Shown here piece by piece: positions 22,575 through 30,748 of a DNA stretch of 64,000 bases. The DNA is taken from positions 3,212,503-3,276,502 of the forward strand of contig OY760867.2 of the NCBI GenBank assembly GCA_963664035.2. Direction: 5' to 3'. The notes under the pieces are model-generated. The model saw only the letters and a program-made list of their open reading frames with translations, had not been told where the DNA came from and ran no database searches. This DNA comes from Dehalococcoidia bacterium (GTDB lineage Bacteria; Chloroflexota; Dehalococcoidia; Lucifugimonadales; G958296245). Numbering within the stretch: position 1 is the first letter of the stretch; each line of letters begins with the position of its first letter. Both the position numbers and the translations under genes were made by a program.

Positions 22575-25418
22575 TCACCTCTCGCCCTCGAAACCCGGGA
22601 GCATCGGCGGGCCTGCCGCGGGCTGTTCGGGCGGTGGGGCGGCCATGACGCCGCTGCCGAGGAGGCCGAGGATGATGCGGCGGTCCTCGTCGCCGTCGGG
22701 GAGGCACTCCGCGACGGCCTGGCCCAGCGTCCGCAGCGCCGACCAGCGCGTCTCGCCTACCTCGCCGCGGTAGAGCGCCAGCCTGTCGGTCATGTTCTGG
22801 CCCCACAGCCAGGCGGCGCGCTGGAGCCGGTCGATGAGGGGCGCGGGCCGGGCCGGAGAGCCGTAGCCCAGGTCCTCGTCGTCCGCCGCCCGCCGGCGTA
22901 TGGTGCGGAGCTTCACGACCTTCTTGCTCTTCTCACGCGCCTCGGACGCGATGGACTGCGGGCGCGTCATATCGTCGTAGGCCGCGCCGGTCGCCAGGCA
23001 GAGGGCGATGGCCTCGCCCGCGTCCAGCGGCGCCCGCGAGTAGCTCCATACCCACGTTACGTACTGGCGGGTGATCGGGTCCACCATGCCCAGGTCCGCT
23101 CCCTGCAAGACCTGCTCCAGCGCCACAGCCGTCGACTCCCGCCGCACGATGTCCAGGAAGTCGCGCACCGAGACCTCGCTCCCGTCGGGGCGCAGCACGC
23201 GAGCGTGGCGTCCGAAGACCGAGAGCGCGGGGCCGATGGCGCTGATGAAGAAGTCCGCCCCCCGGATGCCCTTGCTCCAGAAATAGAGCAGCCGCTCCCG
23301 GATGACCGGGCGCATGTCGTCCATGACATCGCTGAGGAAGGCATCGCGTGCTTCGCCTTCCCGCTTCCTGCACGCCATCCAGACGGAGGTGGCAAGCCGG
23401 GCCTGACCCAGGCCGGCGACCTTGTTCTGCAACTCGGTATCTATGGGCCAAGAGGCATTGGGGACCAACCCTGCTCCTAGCAGCCCCTCAATGAGGGTTG
23501 ACCAAGCGTCCGGGTCGGTATGGGCGAACACGACGCCCGTAAGCCCTCCGATCTCGAGAGACTGCGACATGGACTGGAAGGCTTGGGCCATACCATCAAC
23601 GTAATGCTGCCTTGCCGCTTCCTTGCGGTTCTTACCCCTTTTGTCCCTGCTGGCGTAGACATTCATTACTATCTGTTCCCTCTTAGGGGTTAAGGGCAGT
23701 CCTAGCAGGTCGGGATACAGGAACCCAATTGAGCGTTTCAGCCAGACGTAGAAGAAGTCAGATAGATCGGCGTAGTTGATGGCATCGTAGTAAGGCGGGT
23801 CTGTAAGGACTGCTCTACAAGTCGTACGGGAATGCGCGGCTCCAACTTGCCGAACCTCACCACGCCATTCGCCTACTATTGCCGCATTCAGCGCCCGGAC
23901 TAATCCAGATAGTAGACTTGTCCAACTACCACCAGCGGCACCGATGGGATTGACCTCGGAGTAATCCCAAACCATCGGTAGCGCTTGCCGGGCCAATGCG
24001 TTGTGAGAACTCTCCACTTCATTGCCCCATCGGGATACGGTAGCATTGTAGTCCGCCAGCTTGTCCACCCCCATCCCCAAGTATGTAGCCACCGCTTTGG
24101 CGTACTCAGTGTCCAAACCCTCTCTGAGCATCTGCATATGGGACTCACCCACTAGGCGAGCGAAGGTCGTCAGGGCTAGCAATTGACGTGAGCTGAAAAT
24201 CTCCGCAAAAGTCTCAATCCCGTAACCTCTGCCAGCTACCGTCTCCGGCCCCTTGGACATTGGTTCATCGGGCAGTAGGGAAGGGTCTCCATTGTGGCTT
24301 GCCAATCTCTCAGCGATACGCGCCACAGTCCTGTGGAACGTCTCTTGGTCATCGTCTGAGTCTTCCCGGTAAAATTTACCGGACCCCTTGCTTTCCAAGA
24401 CCACCGCCGTCATAGTCGCGCCCATCTTTCCTTGAGTGGATAGCCGCCGAACATCCGCGCCCTTCACCACCTGCTCACACAGCAGGCATCTGGTGTCACC
24501 GCGCGATGTAGTGGCCTGCGCGGGGTTGCCGGTCACATCAGCCCCCTCCACGACCTCGAAGTCCACGCGGTTGTTGTCCTGGTCTATGTTCGGCTTCAGC
24601 GCCACTCGCTTCTTTGGTTTCCGCGCCAGCCAGTACTGGCGGATGAGTGGCATCTCGGCGTCGCAGTTTGGGCACGGGATGGTGCGGCTCCACAGGTACG
24701 CGACCGGCACGCTGCCGTCGGGGTCTGGGGGGTAGAACTCGGCCAGCTCCTCCCGCGCCCGCTCCAGCATCCAGTTGCCCCAGTAGCGCACGTCCGTCGC
24801 CAGGGGGTTGCGGCGGTATGCCTCGGCAAGGTTGCCGTCGGCAAAGCTGGACTGGGAGTCGTCGGCGTCCGCCTCCAGGATGTATCCGGGCGCGGGCCTG
24901 CTGTCGGGCTGTCCGTACCGCTGGGGATACTCAACGGTGCCCTTGAGGATGAGGACGGCGACGGGGTTGAGGTCGCTTGCCTCGACCTCGCAGCCGAGGC
25001 GCAGGCCCTCCAGGGGGATGGCGCCGCCGCCCGCGAAGGGGTCGAGCAGCTTTGGCGGCCTGCCGCCGTTGTCGTCGAGGATTCGGCGCCGCGCCCGCTC
25101 CAGCAACTCTGTCCCGGTGAGGCCGCTGCCGCCGTCGTCCTTCGTACGCACGACCCTTTCGGGGTGGCGCACGGCGTCCCAGCTTGCGAGGTCGGCGACC
25201 TCCTTCAGCAGCTCCTCGCGCTCGGCCTCCGTCTCAGGGTCGTCCACCAGCGAGGCGTATATGAAGGCGCGACAGGCCGCCAGCGGCCGCCGCGCCCACC
25301 AGATGTGCAGCGTCGAGATATGCCCATGCCGCACGTTCTTCTCCCGTCGCGAGTGCGCCGACACCTCCTCCAACGGGAAGGCGACTTCGATGAGCCGCTT
25401 CCGGCGCTGGGAAGTCAT
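22575..25418 (-). CDS. DUF1156-family DNA methyltransferase with Zn-ribbon (DPPY catalytic motif), 947 aa
   Basis: The internal ATG at 25418 (ATGA overlap with the upstream stop) gives MTSQRRKRLIEVAFPLEEVSAHSRREKNVRHGHISTLHIWWARRPLAACRA, the DUF1156 signature. The SAM motif LLDPFAGGGAIPLEG is at ~25011-25050. The Zn-ribbon is CPNC (24660-24680) plus CLLC (24470-24499). The catalytic motif is TDPPYY (23790-23801). Confidence 0.85.
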   Translation of the reverse strand: MTSQRRKRLIEVAFPLEEVSAHSRREKNVRHGHISTLHIWWARRPLAACRAFIYASLVDDPETEAEREELLKEVADLASWDAVRHPERVVRTKDDGGSGLTGTELLERARRRILDDNGGRPPKLLDPFAGGGAIPLEGLRLGCEVEASDLNPVAVLILKGTVEYPQRYGQPDSRPAPGYILEADADDSQSSFADGNLAEAYRRNPLATDVRYWGNWMLERAREELAEFYPPDPDGSVPVAYLWSRTIPCPNCDAEMPLIRQYWLARKPKKRVALKPNIDQDNNRVDFEVVEGADVTGNPAQATTSRGDTRCLLCEQVVKGADVRRLSTQGKMGATMTAVVLESKGSGKFYREDSDDDQETFHRTVARIAERLASHNGDPSLLPDEPMSKGPETVAGRGYGIETFAEIFSSRQLLALTTFARLVGESHMQMLREGLDTEYAKAVATYLGMGVDKLADYNATVSRWGNEVESSHNALARQALPMVWDYSEVNPIGAAGGSWTSLLSGLVRALNAAIVGEWRGEVRQVGAAHSRTTCRAVLTDPPYYDAINYADLSDFFYVWLKRSIGFLYPDLLGLPLTPKREQIVMNVYASRDKRGKNRKEAARQHYVDGMAQAFQSMSQSLEIGGLTGVVFAHTDPDAWSTLIEGLLGAGLVPNASWPIDTELQNKVAGLGQARLATSVWMACRKREGEARDAFLSDVMDDMRPVIRERLLYFWSKGIRGADFFISAIGPALSVFGRHARVLRPDGSEVSVRDFLDIVRRESTAVALEQVLQGADLGMVDPITRQYVTWVWSYSRAPLDAGEAIALCLATGAAYDDMTRPQSIASEAREKSKKVVKLRTIRRRAADDEDLGYGSPARPAPLIDRLQRAAWLWGQNMTDRLALYRGEVGETRWSALRTLGQAVAECLPDGDEDRRIILGLLGSGVMAAPPPEQPAAGPPMLPGFEGER

Positions 25419-26047
25419 GCCGTTTCTTCGGGCTGGAAGAAAAGCCGCCTCAGCCACGAAACGAGAACGTCGGCTTGAGGCAGATTCGGATCGAGGAAGC
25501 GGGCCGTAATGGCAGTACCGTAGGGCAAGCCAGGCTCCGACTGCCATGCGAGCCAGGTGTGAATGACCGCCTTGGGCCTGTCATTGTCTTTGAAACGCTG
25601 CTCTGGGACCGAATCTACGCTGGCGGCCGCGTGGTCGAGGAGCGCGTCCCGTTGCGGAACCATGAAACGGAGAAAGTCCTCCAGGATTCCTGGGGTCTTG
25701 TTATCCGGCATTATCCAGACGCCTACCCTTGGTAGATCCGATTGGCGCTCCAATACCGTTTCATCAGTATCTGGCGCTTCCGGCACATTCTTGTATCCGA
25801 TCTGCATGAGCCGTTCACGAATGGACTGCCAGCGGGCGTCCAAGTTGGTATCCGCGTCGATTACCACGCCAACAACGTCTCCCTCCTCGGCGAACCGGAG
25901 TCTGGTGGGAATGCTCTCTAGCAAGCCGGGGGCGCCGCCATGAGTGGCGACCTCGTCCAGAAGCGGAAGGTCTCTATTGCCGCAGATATGCTTCAGGACG
26001 TGTTCGTCGTCTTTGTCCTCCACCAGCAATATCCTCAGGTTGGCCAA
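25415..26047 (-). CDS. Small Toprim-like partner protein, copy 1 (DUF3226/DUF4276/RloB-like class; assignment tentative)
   Basis: A TTG start lies 2 nt after the ATPase stop. (M)ANLRILLVEDKDDEHVLKHI...VVGVVIDADTNLD... has the same E ... D-x-D layout as copy 2, but the rest of the sequence is diverged. Confidence 0.6.
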   Translation of the reverse strand: MANLRILLVEDKDDEHVLKHICGNRDLPLLDEVATHGGAPGLLESIPTRLRFAEEGDVVGVVIDADTNLDARWQSIRERLMQIGYKNVPEAPDTDETVLERQSDLPRVGVWIMPDNKTPGILEDFLRFMVPQRDALLDHAAASVDSVPEQRFKDNDRPKAVIHTWLAWQSEPGLPYGTAITARFLDPNLPQADVLVSWLRRLFFQPEETA

Positions 26048-26049
26048 GG

Positions 26050-27180
26050 TCAGCGCACCTCTATGCGGTGGCGCGTTGCGATGGCTAGCTCATCTTCGTC
26101 TGCCACAACTGGGATAATGTCGTCGCCTCTGCGGGTAAGGCGTAGAAGCGCCCCCTCTTCAGGGGACTCGGCCGCGGCCTCCTGGAAGGACTTCACTACA
26201 TCCTGGCTGTGGGTCGCGGCGAAGACCTGGACGTCAAGCTCCTGGGCCAGCCGGAATATCATGCGCCAGACGTCCAACTGCACGGAGTGGTGCAGGCCGT
26301 TCTCGAACTCGTCGATCAACAGGACCCCGCCGCGAGCGTTGACGATGGACAGGGTTATGGCGAACAGGCGGTTTATGCCGTCTCCAAACGAGCGCAGAGG
26401 AACGGGTCGCCCAAAGCTCTCGGAGCGCACTATCGCCGTTCTCATCCTGGAAGACCCATCGCCGGCGATCATCGTGACGGCGGAGAGTCTCGGATCGACG
26501 ATTCGCAGCGCTTCGACCACGTCTTTTTCGTTGTCCGTTAGCGCGACTTCCGCCCAGAGACGTTCCAGCGCGTTCGTCTCCTCCCCGGCGTAGGGACTGA
26601 CGTGTATGCAGGGCATCCGCACCCTGTCGGACGACCTGGGGCGAGGCATCCGGTTCGAGCGCGCATAGCGGAGAAATCGCTCCAAGCGATATAGCTGCCT
26701 TCCATCTTCCGTCTCGACTACCAGCGCGGCTAAGTATCCAGGTTCCCAGCCGGGCGAGTCTTCGCGCATGACCAGCCTTATGCGTCCCTCAGAGTCCTCC
26801 TCCTCGGCGAACCAATCCAGCCGCATCATTAGCTTCGTAGGGCCAGTTCCGCCGTTCGTCGAGATGACGATTGGGGCGAAGTCATCCGAGAGCCTGGGAA
26901 ATCCGTTGAACATGGCGGAAATCTGGAACAGGCTCTCGGGGTCTGAGGAGCGCTCCTCTTCATCCGCCTCCCCGAGGTGCTCTTCGCGGGATCTGAGGAT
27001 ATCGTGTATGAGATCAGGGGCGGCGTTGTGCGTGTATATGCGCAGCGCTTCGAGAATCGAAGACTTCCCGGTGTTGTTCTTTCCCGTGATCAGGGTGACG
27101 CGGCCCAGCCTCGGGATCGAGAGGTCCTTGATCCCGCGATAGCCCTGGATCGAAAGGTCAGGAAACTGCAAATCGCTCAT
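26050..27180 (-). CDS. ABC-type (AAA_21/AAA_15, OLD-N-terminal-like) ATPase, copy 1
   Basis: The internal ATG at 27180 (ATGA overlap with the helicase stop) gives MSDLQFPDLSIQGYRGIKDLSIPRLGRVTLITGKNNTGKSSILEAL, with Walker A at 27061-27090. Other motifs are FGDGINRLFAI, GGVLLIDEFENGLHH and VFAATHSQD. The track's 66-codon N-terminal extension is Arg/Gly-rich junk overlapping the helicase. Confidence 0.8.
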   Translation of the reverse strand: MSDLQFPDLSIQGYRGIKDLSIPRLGRVTLITGKNNTGKSSILEALRIYTHNAAPDLIHDILRSREEHLGEADEEERSSDPESLFQISAMFNGFPRLSDDFAPIVISTNGGTGPTKLMMRLDWFAEEEDSEGRIRLVMREDSPGWEPGYLAALVVETEDGRQLYRLERFLRYARSNRMPRPRSSDRVRMPCIHVSPYAGEETNALERLWAEVALTDNEKDVVEALRIVDPRLSAVTMIAGDGSSRMRTAIVRSESFGRPVPLRSFGDGINRLFAITLSIVNARGGVLLIDEFENGLHHSVQLDVWRMIFRLAQELDVQVFAATHSQDVVKSFQEAAAESPEEGALLRLTRRGDDIIPVVADEDELAIATRHRIEVR

Positions 27181-30100
27181 TCCTCCCGCTCCTTTCCATT
27201 GGCCGGACGGCTCGCGGCCCTCAACTCCTCCGAATCGACGTGATACTCCACCACGCGCTCCGTGGCCTTGACCCCCTTCCCCACCGGGTCCTGGATTATC
27301 CAGAGCTCCGGCTCGGCGAGGGCGTGGTCCACCTCGTAGATGAAGAACTCGCCGCGCATCCGGTGGGCCAACTGCCACTCGGTATAGTATAGGGTAACGC
27401 CGCCGGTCGCGGCGTGTCCCTTCACCTCGATGTAGCGGACGGCGCCGTCCGGCCCGTCGCTCCGTATGTCGCAGCCCACGCCGGTCTTCGACACGTCCCT
27501 GGGGTCGCGGCCCTGCGCGGCCTCGTAGTCCATGGCGACCTTCATGGCGGCCATCTCGACGGTCGTGTTGTCGCCGCCTCGCCCCTCCTCGCGCACCCTG
27601 GGCACTGGGCCTGGGACCACGGCGGCCACGCCGACGACCCTGGGCGTGCGTATGGACGTGACCCTTCTGCGCTGAAGCTCCTCGCGCCGCCGTCTCAGGT
27701 CGGCCGTCAGAGTCTCGATCTGCTCGTTGGTGGTGCGGATGGCGATCCGCATGTCCCTACCCCCGGCCTCCTCCTCGTGCTGGCGTTCGAGCCGGCCCTG
27801 GAGCTCCGAGAGGTTGTCGTTGGCCGACTGCTGGAGGGCGCGCTCGACTATGCCCGCCTGCCGCTCCTGCTCGGCGGTGACCTCGGCCAGGTACTCCTCC
27901 GAATAGAGGCGGCTCGCGGCGGCGACCGCGCCGTCTCCCTCGGCCAGGCCCTTCAGGGAGTCTGGGGCGGCGGGGGCCACGTCGGAGGGGGGCAGGTCGA
28001 GGAGCACACCGGGCGTAACCGGCTCGAACTCGGCGCCGCGCTGCCTGAGCGCGAGCAGCCGCCCGTGTACCTCTTCCCCGACGCCGTTGACGACCGCGAC
28101 CTCCAGGAGCCACACGAGATAGGGGCCGCGCGCCTCCTTGTCCACGAAGACGGTCCCCCTGGCGAGCCGGGGCCGCCCCAGGTCGAGGAGGCGGCCCATG
28201 ACCGCATCGAAGAGCGGGTGGTTGGGCGCGACGAATTCGGCGGGCGGGTCGCGCCGGAGACGATCCTTGCTGAAGGTGATCAGCCGGCCAGCGGCCCCGA
28301 GCTCTCCCGCGTTGCCGGCCTGCGCTCCCCGGCGGATGTCGGCGGGAACGAAGTCGAGCCGCCAGTCGCTATCGGCGCCGGGCGTAATGCGGCCGTCGAG
28401 GTACCGTAGGCCGTCGACGAAGAACCGTTCCACGAACTCGGGCGTCAGCCGCCGCTCCTTCGAGTCGCGCTCGTCGCCGAGTATGGAGGCCATGTCGACG
28501 TGGGACGTCGCGAGGGCTTCGCCCAGGGCGTCACGCGCGGCGGCAACCGACGCGGAGCCGTCCACGAACTCGAGGTCGCCGAGGATGTCGTCCATGGAGC
28601 GGCGGTTCAGAATCGCCTCGCGGATCAGCGCGTCCAGGCGGACCTGCCCGGCGTCGAGGACGCTCGACACGACGTCGTACACCTGGTCGTGGCCGAGCTG
28701 CTCGCGCATCCGCTCCAGCTTCTCCATCAGGCGAACGAGCACGGAGCCTTCCCGCGTGGTGTTGGCCACGAGATTCACGACCTCGACCTCGTACTCCTGG
28801 CCGTAGCGGTGTATCCGTCCCATCCTCTGCTCCAGCCGATTCGGGTTCCACGGCAGGTCCCAGTTGATCATCACCTTGCAGAACTGGAGGTTGATGCCCT
28901 CGCCGGCGGCTTCCGTGGCGACCATGAACTGGGCCGGGCCGCGAAACTCCTTCTCGGCCCCTATGCGGTCGGCAAGCTTCATCCCGCCGTGGATGTTGCA
29001 GACGCTGTAGCCCCACTCCCTCAGTTGTCTGGTCAGGTAGGTCAGCGTGTCGCGGTGCTCGGTGAAGACCAGTATCTTCTCGTTGCGGTCGGCGACGGTC
29101 TGGCTCTCGATGACGCGGCGGAACTCGCCCAGCTTGCGCTCCGGCCCCCCGCGCCGCGTCGCATCGGCCAACGCTATCAGGTCGTCGAGCCTGGCTATCT
29201 CGGCGCGCAGGTCTTCGGGTGTCCGCGCGGTGGACGCGCCGGACAGGGCCTCTTCCTCTTCGGCCGTCAGCTCGTCGAGGTCGTCCTCTTCCGGGTCGTA
29301 TTCGATGCTCATCGCTCGCTGCTTGGAGCGACCCGACCGGCCGGCTTGTTCAAGCTCCTCGGTCAGGCGGTCGCGCCGCCGCTCCAGGCTGCGCGTAACG
29401 GCGTAGAGCGAGGATGCGAGGCGGCGCTGGAGGACGATGAGCGCGAGCGTGACGTTCCGGTTCCCGGCCTCCTCAGCCTGGGCGAGGCCCTCGGACACGT
29501 AGCTTGTCACGGCGTCGTACAGCCTCTGTTCGCGCGGCTCAAGCTCGTACGCCATCGTGTCCACGTGGCGGGGCAGGAAGAGCGGCCTGCCGTCGAAGTG
29601 CTTCATCGACTCCTTCATCCGGCGCAGGAAGTAGGGCGAGCCGTCCTTGTCGAGGACGCTCTTGGCCCCCTCCTCGGACGCGAACACCTTCTCGTCGAGA
29701 AGCGAAAGAAGCAGCCGGAAGTTCTCAGGGTCTCCCTTGTGGGGCGTCGCCGTCATCAACAGCAGGTGCTTGGCGCTGGCGGCCAGCCGCTCGGCCAGCA
29801 CGTAACGCTTGGTCTTGTCTATCTTCCGCCCGTAGCGATAGGCCGAGAGTTTGTGGGCCTCGTCGAAGATGATGAGGTCCCACCGCGACTGCTCGACTCC
29901 TGGGAGGATGTGGTCCTGGATAGCCAGGTCGACGGAGGCAACCACGAGGTCGTTCTCGACCCACGCGTTCTGCCCGAAGCTGCCGGAGATGAGGTCGCCC
30001 GTGACGAGCACGAACGGCTCTCTGAAGCGCTCCCACATCTCCCGTCGCCACTGGTCGGTCAAAGCCTTGGGACATAGCACCAGGACCCGGGAGACCTCCC

Positions 30101-30554
30101 CGCGCTGCATCAGCTCGCGCATGAGGAGGCCCGCCATGATGGTCTTGCCCGCGCCGGGGTCGTCCGCCAGTAGGAAGCGGATGCGGGGCAGCGGCAGGAT
30201 GTGGCCGTAGACGGCATCGAGCTGGTGGGGCAACGGATCGACCTGCGACACGGACACGGCGAACTGTGGGTCGAAGGCGTGGGCCATGTGTGTCCGCAGC
30301 GCTTCCACGGCCAGTCGGAACAGGCGAGGCTCGGCGTCGAAGGTGTGCGTTCCCCCGGCGACCTCGGTGACCTGGGCGCTTACCTGGTCGGCCGGGATCG
30401 TCCGGTCATAGTACTGGGAGTCGACAACACCAACCGCCTCGATCCGAACGGCTGAGCCGTGCTCGCCCACACGAATGACGCGCACGGGTCCGGGCCAGAA
30501 CGGACCCTCGATGACGGTATCGGGCTGAAGAGAGGATGCAGACGGAGAAGCCAT
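27177..30554 (-). CDS. SNF2-family helicase fused to C-terminal DUF3883 (PD-(D/E)xK-like) nuclease domain, 1,125 aa
   Basis: Motif I is LLADDPGAGKT (~30138-30167) and motif II is DLIIFDEAHKL (~29846-29872). Motif III is LLMTATPHKG. Motifs V/VI are EGINLQFCKVMINWDLPWNPNRLEQRMGRIHRYGQ. The C-terminus reads AMKVAMDYEAAQGRDPRDVSKTGVGCDIRSDGPDGAVRYIEVKGHA...FFIYEV (~27250-27560). Confidence 0.85.
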   Translation of the reverse strand: MASPSASSLQPDTVIEGPFWPGPVRVIRVGEHGSAVRIEAVGVVDSQYYDRTIPADQVSAQVTEVAGGTHTFDAEPRLFRLAVEALRTHMAHAFDPQFAVSVSQVDPLPHQLDAVYGHILPLPRIRFLLADDPGAGKTIMAGLLMRELMQRGEVSRVLVLCPKALTDQWRREMWERFREPFVLVTGDLISGSFGQNAWVENDLVVASVDLAIQDHILPGVEQSRWDLIIFDEAHKLSAYRYGRKIDKTKRYVLAERLAASAKHLLLMTATPHKGDPENFRLLLSLLDEKVFASEEGAKSVLDKDGSPYFLRRMKESMKHFDGRPLFLPRHVDTMAYELEPREQRLYDAVTSYVSEGLAQAEEAGNRNVTLALIVLQRRLASSLYAVTRSLERRRDRLTEELEQAGRSGRSKQRAMSIEYDPEEDDLDELTAEEEEALSGASTARTPEDLRAEIARLDDLIALADATRRGGPERKLGEFRRVIESQTVADRNEKILVFTEHRDTLTYLTRQLREWGYSVCNIHGGMKLADRIGAEKEFRGPAQFMVATEAAGEGINLQFCKVMINWDLPWNPNRLEQRMGRIHRYGQEYEVEVVNLVANTTREGSVLVRLMEKLERMREQLGHDQVYDVVSSVLDAGQVRLDALIREAILNRRSMDDILGDLEFVDGSASVAAARDALGEALATSHVDMASILGDERDSKERRLTPEFVERFFVDGLRYLDGRITPGADSDWRLDFVPADIRRGAQAGNAGELGAAGRLITFSKDRLRRDPPAEFVAPNHPLFDAVMGRLLDLGRPRLARGTVFVDKEARGPYLVWLLEVAVVNGVGEEVHGRLLALRQRGAEFEPVTPGVLLDLPPSDVAPAAPDSLKGLAEGDGAVAAASRLYSEEYLAEVTAEQERQAGIVERALQQSANDNLSELQGRLERQHEEEAGGRDMRIAIRTTNEQIETLTADLRRRREELQRRRVTSIRTPRVVGVAAVVPGPVPRVREEGRGGDNTTVEMAAMKVAMDYEAAQGRDPRDVSKTGVGCDIRSDGPDGAVRYIEVKGHAATGGVTLYYTEWQLAHRMRGEFFIYEVDHALAEPELWIIQDPVGKGVKATERVVEYHVDSEELRAASRPANGKEREE

Positions 30555-30748
30555 GTCAGAAGTGAGGCTTGGGAGTTGGCCCTCAGTGTATCATGACACC
30601 CCACATCCGACTCTACACCTCCAGCGTGAAGCGCAACGAGGTTCTTGATTCGCCATGCCTGGTGGGCCAAGGCGTACCGATTTGCGAACTTTTCGGCGGG
30701 AGGTCTCAATACCCTTGATATAAGGATGGGGCAGTTCTCACGCCCGGC

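Larger units (their letters stand above)
17483..30554 (-). other. Seven-gene translationally coupled defence-type operon (helicase-nuclease / ATPase / Toprim-like / methyltransferase / ATPase / Toprim-like / HEPN-DUF499)
   Basis: All seven genes are co-directional. The junctions are ATGA overlaps at 27177-27180 and 25415-25418, TGA-cc-TTG at 26045-26052, TAG-n-ATG at 21475-21481, and spacers of 37 nt (22538-22574) and 20 nt (20837-20856). Confidence 0.8.

Noticed and set aside
23600-24450. Interpreting the low-GC patch of the methyltransferase purely as a swapped target-recognition domain.
   Set aside because: The patch also covers the conserved DPPY catalytic motif (23790-23801), so it is not confined to a variable TRD. 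I kept it only as a compositional-mosaic observation.
22575-27378. Longer N-terminal extensions given by the track for the methyltransferase (to 25547), ATPase 1 (to 27378), Toprim-like 2 (to 21522), ArsR (from 16595) and Uma2 copy 2 (from 12821).
   Set aside because: The extensions overlap the upstream gene, are low-complexity, and precede the conserved family N-termini. Internal ATG/TTG starts give ATGA-type coupling or a proper SD.
30555-30748. The promoter of the defence operon.
   Set aside because: Candidates on the minus strand (TTGCGC-15-TAGAGT; TGaTACACT) are weak and poorly spaced. There is not enough evidence to annotate one, although the promoter must lie in this 194-bp gap or further upstream.
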